From the NCBI GenBank assembly GCA_965112735.1, contig CBCOSG010000001.1, positions 160,090 to 224,089 on the forward strand: a DNA stretch of 64,000 nucleotides, written 5' to 3'. The translations under genes and the position numbers were made by a program. Source of the stretch: Phaeosaccion multiseriatum (Eukaryota > Protista > Ochrophyta, other classes). Of this stretch, positions 11,774-23,994 are shown in pieces. Within the stretch, counting starts at the first letter, position 1. Each line of letters begins with the position of its first letter. Under the pieces are notes generated by a model. That model had not been told where the DNA came from and searched no databases. It saw only the letters and a list, made by a program, of their open reading frames with translations.

Positions 11774-12027
11774 CTTTAATTAAATTTTTTAAAAAATACT
11801 TGTTCTACTTTGTATACTAACACAATGTTAAATTTAGAAAGCAAAAGTTTTGATTTTAATTCTCTTTATAAAGTCTGTTAGTCTTATCTTCGTTAGATAG
11901 TGTTTTTGTTGGAGTAATAAAGCTTTGGTCCAATTATTACTAACACAATTTTCAAATTTTAACTTTTTTTAAATGAAACTCAGTCGATTAATAATTTTAA
12001 ATAAGTTCTTGCCTAAATACCTAAGTC

Positions 12028-12100
12028 TGAGTAAATTGGGACTTGAACCCAAAACTCCCGGATTAAAAGTCCGACACTCTACCCATTGAGTTATTTACTC
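12028..12100 (-). tRNA. trnK: tRNA-Lys(TTT)
   Basis: Cloverleaf. Confidence 0.9.
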
Positions 12101-12160
12101 TTTGAATCTTCTTTTAGAGCTTACACGTATAAAATATAGGAAAAGAACGTTTTTTTGATA

Positions 12161-13162
12161 TTAAGCACAAAAAGCCGGAAATCCTTGAAGACCTAAAAGA
12201 ACACCTACTGATAAAATTACCCAAGCTAGAGAGAAGGGGAGAAAAACTTTCCAACCTAAATTCATGAGTTGGTCGTAACGAAAGCGAGGTAGTATTGCTC
12301 GACACAAGATAAACAGGCAGACAAAAAAGCAAATTTTTAAGCCGAACCAGGGAAGTTGACTCCACAAAGGAAGTTTACTTCCTACCATAGGCCACCATCC
12401 GCCAAGAAAGAGAAGGCTGCAAAGAGCACTCATAAAAAGCATGTTCAAATATTCCCCTAAAAAAAACAAAGCAAAACCCATGGCGGAATACTCTACATTG
12501 TATCCCGAAACTAATTCTGCTTCTGCTTCGGACAAGTCAAAAGGATGACGATTGGTTTCAGCGAGAATACAGACAAAAAACATCACACTAAGAGGACCTA
12601 AAGGCAGACAAAACCATACCTCTTCTTGAGCAAAAATCATTTGGTTAAAATTGTAGCTGCCTACGCAGCACAAAAGACTTACCAAAATAAAGCCCATAGA
12701 AACCTCGTAGGATACCATTTGAGCAGCCGATCGCAGTCCACCTAAAAAAGCATATTTTGAATTACTGGCCCAGCCTGCAATAATAATGGCACACACTCCA
12801 AGAGCAGAAATGGCAAAAACGTATAAGAGTCCAAGGTCGATGTCCGCAAGAATTCCTCCTTCTTTTAGAGGCATTACACCCCAGTTTAAAATGCTAAAAG
12901 CAAAACAACATATAGGAGCAAAAGCAAACAACACTGTGTTAGCGTTGCTGGGAGCAATACTTTCTTTAACAAAAAGTTTTAGTCCATCGGCAAGTGGTTG
13001 TAGAATACCCATATACCCGACTACATTTGGTCCTCTACGACGTTGTATAGAACCCATAAGCTTACGTTCTAATAAAGTAAAATAGGCTACACACAAAAGA
13101 GAAGGCACAAGAATAATAAGAATCTTTATTAAGCTCACGAGATTGAGTTGAATTAAGCTCAT
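12161..13162 (-). CDS. nad1: NADH dehydrogenase subunit 1
   Basis: ERK..QRRRGPN and ETNRHPFDL motifs. Confidence 0.98.
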   Translation of the reverse strand: MSLIQLNLVSLIKILIILVPSLLCVAYFTLLERKLMGSIQRRRGPNVVGYMGILQPLADGLKLFVKESIAPSNANTVLFAFAPICCFAFSILNWGVMPLKEGGILADIDLGLLYVFAISALGVCAIIIAGWASNSKYAFLGGLRSAAQMVSYEVSMGFILVSLLCCVGSYNFNQMIFAQEEVWFCLPLGPLSVMFFVCILAETNRHPFDLSEAEAELVSGYNVEYSAMGFALFFLGEYLNMLFMSALCSLLFLGGWWPMVGSKLPLWSQLPWFGLKICFFVCLFILCRAILPRFRYDQLMNLGWKVFLPFSLAWVILSVGVLLGLQGFPAFCA

Positions 13163-13216
13163 GTAAGTTTGATTTTATAAGATAAGTAAATTAAGAAAGT
13201 GTGCTCATTTACAATT

Positions 13217-13299
13217 TACTCGCTACCGGACTTGAACCGATATTTCTTCAAGAAAATAGATTTTAAGTCTACCGTGTCTACCAATTCCACCAAGCGAGC
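13217..13299 (-). tRNA. trnL: tRNA-Leu(TAA)
   Basis: Cloverleaf with long variable arm. Confidence 0.92.
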
Positions 13300-13434
13300 A
13301 TCTTGTCAAGTAAAGGCTTTAATTTGTTTTCTATAACGTCTTATAATTTATAATTGCTTATAATACGGTTCGGTTATTTGGCTGAGTACTTTAAGCTCTG
13401 CAATTTAGAAGTACTTGTCTGAACCTAAACAAAT

Positions 13435-14193
13435 TTAGTTGGACAAAGTATATTCTGCATAATCGGCCAGATCAACAGCTTTGACAACGATAGGCATGAA
13501 ACCGTGGCTTTTACCACAAATTTCACTGCACTGACCGTAAAGTACTCCAGATCGCTTTAGGTAGATGCATACCTGATTTAAACGACCGGGGCAAGCGTCT
13601 ACTTTTACACCCAGTGAAGGTACTGCCCAAGAATGAAGGACATCGGCCGAAGTTACTAATAGACGAATATGAGTGTTGGTGGGTAAAACCAGACGATGAT
13701 CCACCTCCAGTAATCGAAAATCTCCTTTTTGTAAGTCGCTATCTGCTTTCATATACGAATCAAAAGAAAGACTTTCTTGATCTGCTCTCTGATTATAATC
13801 AGAGCATTCGTAACTCCAATACCACTGATGGCCAATAGCTTTTACGCTTAAACTAGGATCTAAGACCTCTTCTAAGGAATACAAAAGAGCAAAAGAAGGC
13901 AATCCGATAAAAATTAGAATTACTGCCGGAAACAAAGTCCAAATAATTTCTAAATTGGTAGAGTGAGACCAAGGCCCATCTTTGCCTATTTCCAATTTAG
14001 TTTTTGAAAAGTCCATTTCAAAACTGCAAGGATAAGAAAAGTTTGTCGCGATAATTTGACCCTGGTAATGATCAAAAGAGCGATATAACATCCACAGAAC
14101 TAAAGTACCCACTAGAATAAGATAAAACATGGTCAGATTGTGAAAATTAATCATTCCTTCCATGATTGGGGTGACCGGGTCTTGAAAAGTCAT
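13435..14193 (-). CDS. cox2: Cytochrome c oxidase subunit 2
   Basis: FQDP, GHQWYW and the CuA motif CSEICG..H.FM. Confidence 0.98.
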   Translation of the reverse strand: MTFQDPVTPIMEGMINFHNLTMFYLILVGTLVLWMLYRSFDHYQGQIIATNFSYPCSFEMDFSKTKLEIGKDGPWSHSTNLEIIWTLFPAVILIFIGLPSFALLYSLEEVLDPSLSVKAIGHQWYWSYECSDYNQRADQESLSFDSYMKADSDLQKGDFRLLEVDHRLVLPTNTHIRLLVTSADVLHSWAVPSLGVKVDACPGRLNQVCIYLKRSGVLYGQCSEICGKSHGFMPIVVKAVDLADYAEYTLSN

Positions 14194-14265
14194 AGAGCAA
14201 AAAAACTTTAAAACACTTGTACAAAATAAAAATGTGTCGGTCTTAAACTATTTAATACAAAGGAC

Positions 14266-14631
14266 TTATTTAGTACCAGTTTTTAATTTTGTATCTTTGT
14301 TGCAAAGACAGAACTGAAACTTAAATTGTACTTGATCATCAAAAGAAGTTTGTAACCAATTTAGATAACGTAGTATTGGATAAAGCTTCATGTGTGAAAA
14401 ATATAAACAAGCCTTGTAAGTACGGCGTTCGTAAGTATTTCGAGACTTGGAATGCACATGGGAAGAGCGTAGCAAAGTCCAAGTTTTTTTTTGATAAGGG
14501 GTATTTTCTATTCTGTAGGTATGCCGTGCTGGAATTTCTTGTAAAACTAAAGCAAGAAGTCCTTTAGAATAGGTTCTAATGTTTATTTTTACGCTCGCAA
14601 GAGAAGTTGAATGGGGTGTAGCTAATTTCAT
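14266..14631 (-). CDS. rps10: Ribosomal protein S10
   Basis: TLLRSSHVHSKSRNTYE.R motif. Confidence 0.88.
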   Translation of the reverse strand: MKLATPHSTSLASVKINIRTYSKGLLALVLQEIPARHTYRIENTPYQKKTWTLLRSSHVHSKSRNTYERRTYKACLYFSHMKLYPILRYLNWLQTSFDDQVQFKFQFCLCNKDTKLKTGTK

Positions 14632-14687
14632 ATATATATTTTGGTTTTTATACTAAATCCCAGAAAATCAGGAAAGGGGATGTTGTA

Positions 14688-14765
14688 ATCAAAGGTAGAA
14701 TCTAGATTTACGACTTTTGGATCAATGAGCCTAACAAGCTGACCAAGTGTTTTAGTCCACCAGTA
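14688..14765 (-). pseudogene. Degenerate tRNA-Met(CAT)
   Basis: Homologous to 45641-45715, with T-arm and acceptor stem disrupted. Confidence 0.7.
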
Positions 14766-14792
14766 TATGAAAAAACTACGTGAATTTTAGAT

Positions 14793-15164
14793 TTTAAAAC
14801 TTCACAAATCAAAAACTACCTCCACTGCCTAAGCTTCGCGCAGTAGACTACCACTTATAATTCCATAAGGCGTACTTAAGATAACTAAGGAGGTTTGGCT
14901 ACGTCGTGTCCATAACGGTGGCAAGAAGTGGGGCGAGAGGAAAAAAGATAGAGCCGATTACACTTCTGCCTTGTACGTACTTTAGTAAAATTTTGACACT
15001 TCGAGAACAGGTTTCTTGAGTATAACCCCGCAAAAATCCGTAGGTTGCCACAGTACGTCTAGGACTCGAAGACCGGCTTTAGTGGGTACGCAAACAACGC
15101 TAGATTTTTTATTTCGATAAGATTGATCTAAAATCTGTAGCATGGGTTGAATTCCTGCTTTCAT
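14793..15164 (-). CDS. rps8: Ribosomal protein S8, multiply frameshifted as sequenced
   Basis: Pieces in different frames: LDVLW, GFLRGY..ILLKY, ILSTPYGII, ARSLGSGG. Confidence 0.75.
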
Positions 15165-15185
15165 AAGGGTTTAGTAAACAAAATT

Positions 15186-15797
15186 TTAAGACAAAATAGA
15201 ATTCTTAAAACTTCGACTCAGTTGTTCGCACAAAAACTGATTGGCTTGAACATCCTCTTTGGACCGTCCAAGACTTAAAAGAATTGCTCCCATCATACTT
15301 ACAAGTAGCAACATTCCTGTAACTAACAAGTCCTCTATGTGATCCGTATATAAGCTAAGCCCTATATTTTGAGGACTCGTTATAGAATCTCCCTTTAGAT
15401 AAGTGGAAAATATTTGAGTATACCAAACTTCTTCTAAACTCCAAAGAAAATCTCCTACTAAAAGTCCAAGTCCTAGAAGGCCTAAAATTAACAGAGTATT
15501 GGATGGATTGCTTTCATACTTAGACACTTTTAAATCAAGCATCATAACTACAAATAGAAATAAAATAGAGATCGCCCCTACATAGACAATAAGACTAACG
15601 TAGGTAAGAAAGTCTGCATGAAAAAGTAAGCACAAACCTCCTACATTAAGAAACACTCCAATTAACAGCAGTACAGCATATACCGGATTTTTCCCACTTA
15701 CTAGGAAGTACGCCGAATTTAGGGCATTGAAAGAAAAGCCTAGTATCATAAGACTAGACCACATTTGAGTTCCTCCTAATATCCAGGATAATTTCAT
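15186..15797 (-). CDS. nad6: NADH dehydrogenase subunit 6
   Basis: NPVYAVL and VYVGAISILFLFVVMML motifs. Confidence 0.96.
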   Translation of the reverse strand: MKLSWILGGTQMWSSLMILGFSFNALNSAYFLVSGKNPVYAVLLLIGVFLNVGGLCLLFHADFLTYVSLIVYVGAISILFLFVVMMLDLKVSKYESNPSNTLLILGLLGLGLLVGDFLWSLEEVWYTQIFSTYLKGDSITSPQNIGLSLYTDHIEDLLVTGMLLLVSMMGAILLSLGRSKEDVQANQFLCEQLSRSFKNSILS

Positions 15798-15895
15798 TGT
15801 TGGACAAGTACCACTTAATAAGATTTAGTTTAATAAGAAGCTAAGTACAAATTGTGAAACCTGATCTTTGACCTACTTGTCAAAAAGAAAAAACT

Positions 15896-15978
15896 TACCA
15901 AAGAAGGGACTCGAACCCTTATTCTTTAAAAGAACCGGAACCTAAACCCGGCGTGTCTACCAATTTCACCACTTTGGC
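15896..15978 (-). tRNA. trnL: tRNA-Leu(TAG)
   Basis: Cloverleaf with long variable arm. Confidence 0.92.
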
Positions 15979-16745
15979 TTTGCAAGTTTACTTAATGAGG
16001 CTTCATTTAAGACATCTCCTAAATAAATACAAGTTAAGATCGTAAAAACGTAAGTCTGAATCAGACTTACTCCCAATTCTAGTCCCATAAGTGCTACAAG
16101 CACAAATAAAGGAATGAAATGAGCCACAAACAAAGCTTTTCCTTTCCCCAACATAGCCCAAGCAAAACCAGCAATTACCTTTAACAAGGTGTGTCCTGCC
16201 ATCATATTGGCAAATAGCCGTACTCCCAGACTAATAGGCTTAAAAATGTAAGAAACAATTTCTATAGGCACCAAAAGCAAGCTTAAGCCTAAACTGGTTC
16301 CTCCGGGTAAAAATAAAGAAAACATTTCGCTCCCTTTTTTTAAAATCCCAATGATATTGATTCCAATGAATAGAGTTAAGCTTAAATTTAGAGTAACGAT
16401 AAGATGGCTGGTCATGGTAAAGCTATAAGGCACCAAACCAATAAGATTGGTGATTAAGATAAAGCAAAATAAGCTGAAGAGAAGTGGAAAATACACCTGG
16501 CCATTTTTTCCTAGTGTGTCTTGAATTAATTCTCCGATCATGACGTAAAATGTGTCTAACACATTATTCCAGGCAGTAGGAATAAGACTTTGTCTCCCTC
16601 TCAACACACAATTCAACATGAAAAAAAAACTTCCTAAACCAATGCTAAGAATACAAAGCGGTTTAGTAAGGGTTAAAGAAAAGCCTGCAAAGGAAAAACT
16701 AAAACAGGGAAGAATAGCGAACTGCTCTAACGGACTGTATACCAT
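15966..16745 (-). CDS. atp6: ATP synthase subunit 6
   Basis: SPLEQF and RLFANMMAGH motifs. Confidence 0.98.
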   Translation of the reverse strand: MVYSPLEQFAILPCFSFSFAGFSLTLTKPLCILSIGLGSFFFMLNCVLRGRQSLIPTAWNNVLDTFYVMIGELIQDTLGKNGQVYFPLLFSLFCFILITNLIGLVPYSFTMTSHLIVTLNLSLTLFIGINIIGILKKGSEMFSLFLPGGTSLGLSLLLVPIEIVSYIFKPISLGVRLFANMMAGHTLLKVIAGFAWAMLGKGKALFVAHFIPLFVLVALMGLELGVSLIQTYVFTILTCIYLGDVLNEASLSKLAKPKW

Positions 16746-16921
16746 GGGTCATAAAAAATACGCACTTTTATTTAGGCCTATATCTGTGTTGGAAAAATTT
16801 TAGTCTCTGCCTATAGAAAATAGGAGGGAAAAGTTTTCGGCTTCTTTTTAATGGACCAGCCTATTTTGGATACTATCTCTTCTTTTCAGGAGCGCCTTTG
16901 ATGCAAAATAGCATCTAAATT

Positions 16922-16994
16922 AGGGTCTAAGTAGACTTGAACTACTGACCTTACCCTTATCAGGGGTACGCTCTACCACCTGAGCTATAGACCC
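16922..16994 (-). tRNA. trnI: tRNA-Ile(GAT)
   Basis: Cloverleaf. Confidence 0.92.
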
Positions 16995-17076
16995 AGTTCT
17001 TGTGAAAGGCGAGTTTTTTATAGCTTTTCTAATGAAAAAAATAAAGCTTGTAGTTCATAAAGAGCTAAACTTAGGT

Positions 17077-17148
17077 CGAGAAAGAAAGGACTTGAACCTT
17101 TAACCTTTGGCTTTGGAGACCAATACTCTACCATTGAGTTACCCTCTC
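17077..17148 (-). tRNA. trnW: tRNA-Trp(CCA)
   Basis: Cloverleaf with CCA anticodon, consistent with TGA as stop. Confidence 0.9.
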
Positions 17149-17222
17149 AAAGACTTAAATTTATTTATGAAAAGGACCTTCGGGGTTCTAAACTCAGTTC
17201 TTTAAAACCGATAGAACTCCAG

Positions 17223-19157
17223 CTAAGATTCCTTCCCAACCCCACATGGGTAAAAAAATCCCCATACACAACCTCCAAGAATAAGCAAACCTGCATGATA
17301 CACTAAACCTGACTGATTTTGCTGAAGTTCGGTACTTAGGTGCTGGGTAAATTGAGCTATTCCCTTAGGTCCGAGAATTTGAAACAATCCCCGGTCCAAA
17401 GCTTTATAAGTCAACTTATAAGCCCACTCCATTCCGCCTTGGCTCAGACTTTGATTATAAAGCTTGTCAAAGAACCATTTTCGGTTTAGAAAGGTATAGA
17501 CGAAAATGTTTTTCATCTTCTGCTTATAGAGCATTGGACTGCAGTAAGCGTACAAATAAAAAGACAGACCAAAGCCGCTGAGGCTAAGGATTACCGGGAG
17601 AAGTTTGGGAAAAATGGGTAAAAATTCCCCGTCAATAACCGAGTAATTTTGAGGAAGATAAAATAGAGCATTACCAAAGAAGTCACTACCAATTCCAATT
17701 ACACAATCCTTTGCGACAAAGCCTAGGAAAAGACTTGGAATAGCTAAAACTCCTAAAGGAAGGCTCATTTTCCAACCGGGCTCATGAGCTCCCATAAGAA
17801 CTACTTTGGACCCCATAGGCTCTGCAAAAAAATTTAAAAAAAGCAAGCGAATTGATTAAAAAGCCGTACAAAAAGCGGCTCCACAGCCCAGTATGTAAGC
17901 AAAATATCCTTGAGCGTCAAATCTGGCGTAAGCTACTTCTAAGATAACATCTTTAGAATAGAAACCCGTCAGATAAGGAAAACCCATTAGGGACAGTGAC
18001 CCGATCAACATCATGGCGTAAGTGAAAGGCAGAAGGCGCCGAAGACCTCCCATCTTTCGCATATCCTGCTCATTATTAATACCATGAATAACGGAACCAG
18101 CCCCTAAAAAAAGTAAAGCTTTAAAAAAGCCGTGATTAACCAAATGAAAAACGCCTACTCCGTAATTAGAAAGACCGCAAGCAAAAATCATATAGCCTAA
18201 CTGGCTACAGGTGGAGTAAGCAATCACCCTCTTCATGTCATTTTGCACTAGAGCAGTGGTGGCGGCAAAAAAACTGGTGCTCGCTCCTGCAAAACTTATT
18301 AAACTTAAGGCTTGAGGAGCGTACTCTAATAAGCCAGAGCACCTGCTTAAAAGAAAAACTCCCGCCGTTACCATAGTAGCGGCGTGAATTAAGGCGGACA
18401 CCGGAGTAGGTCCCTCCATGGCATCGGGCAACCAGGTATGGAGGCCTAATTGAGCCGATTTTCCCATAGCTCCTATAAAGAGAAGGACACCAATAAGATT
18501 GGTCTTTTGCACAGAAAATCCTAAAAACAAGGCAGTCTCTTCCCATTGGTAAGGTACGCTAGCAAAAAAGCTCGTATACTCCATTGTTTGAAAGTATAAG
18601 AAAGTTGCAAAGATTCCTAATCCTAAACCTAAGTCTCCAATGCGGTTAAGAACCATAGCTTTTATGGCGGCTTTATTAGCCTGAATTCTGGTATACCAGA
18701 AGTTGATTAGAAGATAAGAACAAAGCCCTACCCCCTCCCAACCCACGAACATCTGTAAGAAATTGTCTCCGGTAATTAAGATTACCATAAAAAAGGTAAA
18801 CAGACTAAGATAGGCCATAAAACGAGAGAGATGAGGGTCGTTTTCCATATACTCTGTAGAATACAAATGTACCAAGAAAGATACAAAACTTACCAATACT
18901 ACCATAAGACAACTAAGGCTGTCAAAAGTTACGCACCAGTTGGCATGGAAAAGATCCGTGTGTACCCAAGATGCAACTTGAAGCACCAAAGGACTTCCTC
19001 CCATACCAACTTCATAAAAACATAATAAACTGAGAGCCATACTACCTCCCATGCAGACAGTGGTAATCCAGGAAGCACCTTTACCTCCTATAAAGTTTCC
19101 CAAACTTGAGCTGCTTAAGAAACCGAACCAAGGAAGACCGACTATATTTAGATACAC
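17223..19157 (-). CDS. nad5: NADH dehydrogenase subunit 5 (probable GTG start; in-frame TAA at 17856-17858)
   Basis: [21 protein letters not shown]. The two track ORFs are in the same frame: TAF*SIRL. Confidence 0.95.
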
Positions 19158-19179
19158 GACTAAAGATTTTTCCTTAATT

Positions 19180-19262
19180 AGGATAAGGTGGGATTCGAAC
19201 CCACGGTACCTCGGTACTTCAGCTTTCAAAACTGACATCTTCAACCCCTCGATCACTTATCC
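19180..19262 (-). tRNA. trnS: tRNA-Ser(TGA)
   Basis: Cloverleaf with long variable arm. Confidence 0.9.
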
Positions 19263-19263
19263 A

Positions 19264-19339
19264 GGGCGAAGAACGGGACTTGAACCCGCGACATTCAGAA
19301 CCACAAACTGATACTCTAACCAACTGAGCTATCCTCGCC
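19264..19339 (-). tRNA. trnH: tRNA-His(GTG)
   Basis: Cloverleaf. Confidence 0.92.
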
Positions 19340-19342
19340 TTA

Positions 19343-19414
19343 TGGAGATAGAGGGATTCGAACCCACAGCCTTATGCTTGCAAAGCATACTGTCTACCAT
19401 TGACATATACCCCC
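19343..19414 (-). tRNA. trnA: tRNA-Ala(TGC)
   Basis: Cloverleaf. Confidence 0.9.
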
Positions 19415-19416
19415 TT

Positions 19417-19488
19417 CGAGAAAGACGGGATTTGAACCCGCGACTTTCGGCGTGACAGGCTGACACTCTACCACTGAGTTACTTCCTC
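19417..19488 (-). tRNA. trnD: tRNA-Asp(GTC)
   Basis: Cloverleaf. Confidence 0.92.
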
Positions 19489-19500
19489 GATTTTTGAGCT

Positions 19501-19572
19501 TACCCTCTATGAGAATTGAACTCATATCTTCATCGTGAAAGGATGACGTCCTAACCATTAGACGAAGAGGGC
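19501..19572 (-). tRNA. trnE: tRNA-Glu(TTC)
   Basis: Cloverleaf. Confidence 0.92.
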
Positions 19573-19573
19573 T

Positions 19574-19645
19574 TGTCCAAAGATGGATTTGAACCACCGA
19601 CACAAGGATTTTCAGTCCTATGCTCTACCCCTGAGCTATTTAGAC
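19574..19645 (-). tRNA. trnF: tRNA-Phe(GAA)
   Basis: Cloverleaf. Confidence 0.92.
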
Positions 19646-19646
19646 T

Positions 19647-19719
19647 TAGCGGAGAAGGGATTTGAACCCCTGATCTGTGGATTATGAGTCCAATATTCTC
19701 ACCCCTGAACTACTCCGCT
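19647..19719 (-). tRNA. trnM: tRNA with CAT anticodon (elongator Met or lysidine-Ile)
   Basis: Cloverleaf; loop CTCATAA. Confidence 0.88.
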
Positions 19720-19722
19720 TTA

Positions 19723-19811
19723 TGAAGAGGATGGGATTCGAACCCATGATATAAAAATATCTACATATTGATTTAGCAAACCAACGCTTTCAGCCCCTCA
19801 GCCACCTCTTC
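19723..19811 (-). tRNA. trnS: tRNA-Ser(GCT)
   Basis: Cloverleaf with long variable arm. Confidence 0.9.
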
Positions 19812-19816
19812 TGGAA

Positions 19817-19888
19817 TGAGTAATGACGGATTCGAACCGCCAACCTCTTAGGTGTAAGCTAAGCAGTCTACCATTGACATAATCACTC
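19817..19888 (-). tRNA. trnV: tRNA-Val(TAC)
   Basis: Cloverleaf. Confidence 0.9.
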
Positions 19889-19903
19889 TTGATTTGATAT
19901 ATT

Positions 19904-19975
19904 TAGCGAAAAAGGGATTTGAACCCTTGGCCTTCGGATTATGAGTCCAACATTCTACCCCTGAACTATCTCGCC
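19904..19975 (-). tRNA. trnM: Second tRNA with CAT anticodon (paralog of 19647-19719)
   Basis: Cloverleaf; shares TAGTTCAGGGGT and TTGGACTCATAATCC. Confidence 0.88.
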
Positions 19976-19987
19976 TTCAAAATAGAA

Positions 19988-21442
19988 CTATGCAGAAAAC
20001 CAGTAAGTGGTCAACTTATAGGTAGCTAGCAAGCCTAAATTTGGCCGGAGGAAGAAAAAGACCAAAAGACTAAGACTGAGACTGAACACCCAAGCCTCCG
20101 CCTGATTTACATCTAAACAGCAAGATCGACTCTTTACTGCAAAACGGTTTTGGGTATCCAGAACCAAAAGTTTAATCATTCGTAAGTAGTAAAAGGCACT
20201 GGCAAGAGAAACAAAAACCAAACAAAGTGCGAAAATTACCATTTGTTGGTCGACTACTGCCTTTAGAACTAAAAATTTGGCAAAAAATCCTGCAAAAGGT
20301 GGAATGCCTGCTAAAGAAAACCATACTAGACTCAATCCTAAACCGAACAAGGGTTTTCCGAGACTAAGATCTACCATAGAAGATAGATCAAGTTGACGGT
20401 TTTCTTTTCGACTTCCCCACAGCATAAGACCTCCCCACATTAAAAGACTGCTTAGGATGTAAACTCCTAAATAAAATAGGCAGACGTAAGCGTTCTGTAA
20501 TTCTAAACCTCCAAGAATACCTAAAAAAAGATAACCCCCATGCCCAATGCCACTAAATACTAGCAAGCGTTTTAGGGACTTTTGCTTGTATCCACCAAAA
20601 CCGCCAATGATGACGGACATTAAGGCGACCCAAGTTAAGAGAATGCCCCATTCGAAGCTCATAGAATAAAAACTGGCGTAAAGTAGCTTAATAAGAAAAA
20701 GAAGAACTCCAAATTTTGGGACCGTAACGAAAAAAAGACTTACGCTTGCCGGACTTCCTTCATATACGTCCAAAGCCCACATATGAAAAGGAGCTACTCC
20801 TAATTTGAACAGGAGACCAAACAATACAAAATATAACCCCATTTGGCTAAAATTGGAAGCCCCAGCACTCAGACTCTGACCCAAATCTGCAAAGCACAAA
20901 CTGCCAGCGGATCCATATAAGATACAGATTCCTAGAGCCAATAATCCAGAAGCAATTCCTCCCAAGATAAAATATTTTAAACCCGCTTCTGTGGAAAACA
21001 CAGATTTTCGTCGAAAGCTTGCTAAAGCGTATAAACTCAAGCTCTGTAACTCAATTCCCAAGTAGAAGCTCAGGAAGTTTTCGGAAACAAGGATTAGGCA
21101 CAGACCTAAGCAAGCAAGCAAACACAATAAATTGTATTCAAAAGCATGTATTTGACGTGCGTGTAGGTAAGTAGGAGCTAAAATGAAACATAGTGCACAG
21201 CAAAGAATTAAACCCATTTTAAGTAGGGATAAAGACTCTAAATCTACACTCGGACATAAGCTGTCTCCATGATTAAAACTAAGTTTTGCAGCCCAAGCCA
21301 AAACCAGTATACTTAAGTGTCGAAATTCCCACACCAGAGTATGAGAGGAACAAAGACCACCACTAATTAATTGGTGACACCCGTAAATACTTAGGTACAG
21401 GACACAATTAGCCAAATAAATCTCAGTTATCCAAAAATGCAT
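19988..21442 (-). CDS. nad2: NADH dehydrogenase subunit 2
   Basis: STEAGLKYFILG, FKLGVAPFHMW..DVYEG and SLAGIPP motifs. Confidence 0.97.
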   Translation of the reverse strand: MHFWITEIYLANCVLYLSIYGCHQLISGGLCSSHTLVWEFRHLSILVLAWAAKLSFNHGDSLCPSVDLESLSLLKMGLILCCALCFILAPTYLHARQIHAFEYNLLCLLACLGLCLILVSENFLSFYLGIELQSLSLYALASFRRKSVFSTEAGLKYFILGGIASGLLALGICILYGSAGSLCFADLGQSLSAGASNFSQMGLYFVLFGLLFKLGVAPFHMWALDVYEGSPASVSLFFVTVPKFGVLLFLIKLLYASFYSMSFEWGILLTWVALMSVIIGGFGGYKQKSLKRLLVFSGIGHGGYLFLGILGGLELQNAYVCLFYLGVYILSSLLMWGGLMLWGSRKENRQLDLSSMVDLSLGKPLFGLGLSLVWFSLAGIPPFAGFFAKFLVLKAVVDQQMVIFALCLVFVSLASAFYYLRMIKLLVLDTQNRFAVKSRSCCLDVNQAEAWVFSLSLSLLVFFFLRPNLGLLATYKLTTYWFSA

Positions 21443-21483
21443 AGAGTTTTTCTACCTGTTTTATCTACTGAAGAACTTCTTAA

Positions 21484-23022
<1,539 letters not shown>

Positions 23023-23074
23023 ATTTTTGGTCTAGGTCGTGCTAATAAAAAATGAATTTTTTAATATCCGGGAC

Positions 23075-23869
23075 TCAGGAACCCCACCAGTATACACAGA
23101 CAAATAGAAATAACCACACTACATCTACAAAATGCCAATACCAACTGGCAGCTTCAAAACCTAAGTGATGCTGGCGGCTAAAATGCCCCATGGCAAAGCG
23201 GAACAGGCAGATTGTAAGAAAAATACTCCCTATAATAACATGGAATCCATGGAAGCCTGTGCTTAAATAAAATACAGATCCAAAAATTCCATCGGACATA
23301 GCAAAGCCTAAATTCATATACTCAAAGGCTTGCAAGGCCGTAAAGATTACAGCCAATCCGATACATGTACTTAATCCCCATAAGGCTGATCTTTGGCCTC
23401 CAAGAAGAAGACTATGGTGAGACCAAGTTAAAAAAAAACCAGAGGTTAAAAGAATAGCTGTGTTTAGCAAGGGTACCCCCCAAGGATTTATAACTTCTAC
23501 ACCTACAGGAGGCCAAACCCCGCCGATCTCCACTACTGGAGATAAACTCGAATGAAAGAAAGCCCAAAAAAAGGCTACGAAAAACATAAGCTCAGAAACA
23601 ATAAAGAGTACAACACCCATTCGCAGATTTGCTTGAACTGCGGTGGTATGTCGGCCTTCTAAGCTTCCTTCCCGAACTACGTCTCCCCACCAAGCAAACA
23701 CACAAAGAAGAAGGCTAAGAACTCCCACTTCAATTAAAAACCATCCACTTTCATACTGGTGCATGTACATTACCAGCCCAAAAGTCAAATTTAGGCTTCC
23801 AAAGGCTGTGGTTAGCGGCCAGGGACTCGGGTCAACTAAATGGAAAGGATGTCGATGATTTTGTATCAT
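23075..23869 (-). CDS. cox3: Cytochrome c oxidase subunit 3
   Basis: HPFHLVDPSPWP and WYWHFVDVVW motifs; ends in TGA. Confidence 0.99.
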   Translation of the reverse strand: MIQNHRHPFHLVDPSPWPLTTAFGSLNLTFGLVMYMHQYESGWFLIEVGVLSLLLCVFAWWGDVVREGSLEGRHTTAVQANLRMGVVLFIVSELMFFVAFFWAFFHSSLSPVVEIGGVWPPVGVEVINPWGVPLLNTAILLTSGFFLTWSHHSLLLGGQRSALWGLSTCIGLAVIFTALQAFEYMNLGFAMSDGIFGSVFYLSTGFHGFHVIIGSIFLTICLFRFAMGHFSRQHHLGFEAASWYWHFVDVVWLFLFVCVYWWGS

Positions 23870-23994
23870 AGATTAAAAAACAGGTAAAAAAGTTTACATA
23901 GAATAAAATAAGTTTTAAACTTATAAAAAAATTGTATACAATTTTCAATACAAACTTATTAGGTTTTTGGCTATTTTCTTCGAAAGTTTTAGGT

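Noticed and set aside
19158-19256. N-terminal extension of nad5 shown in the ORF track
   Set aside because: It overlaps trnS(TGA); the likely start is GTG at 19157.
19180-19975. Regularly spaced similar motifs (CRISPR-like)
   Set aside because: These are the T-arms of a 10-tRNA cluster.
23075-23077. TGA as Trp, or TTA as stop, genetic codes
   Set aside because: cox3 ends in TGA, conserved Trp residues use TGG, trnW is CCA, and TTA is used as Leu with trnL(TAA) present.
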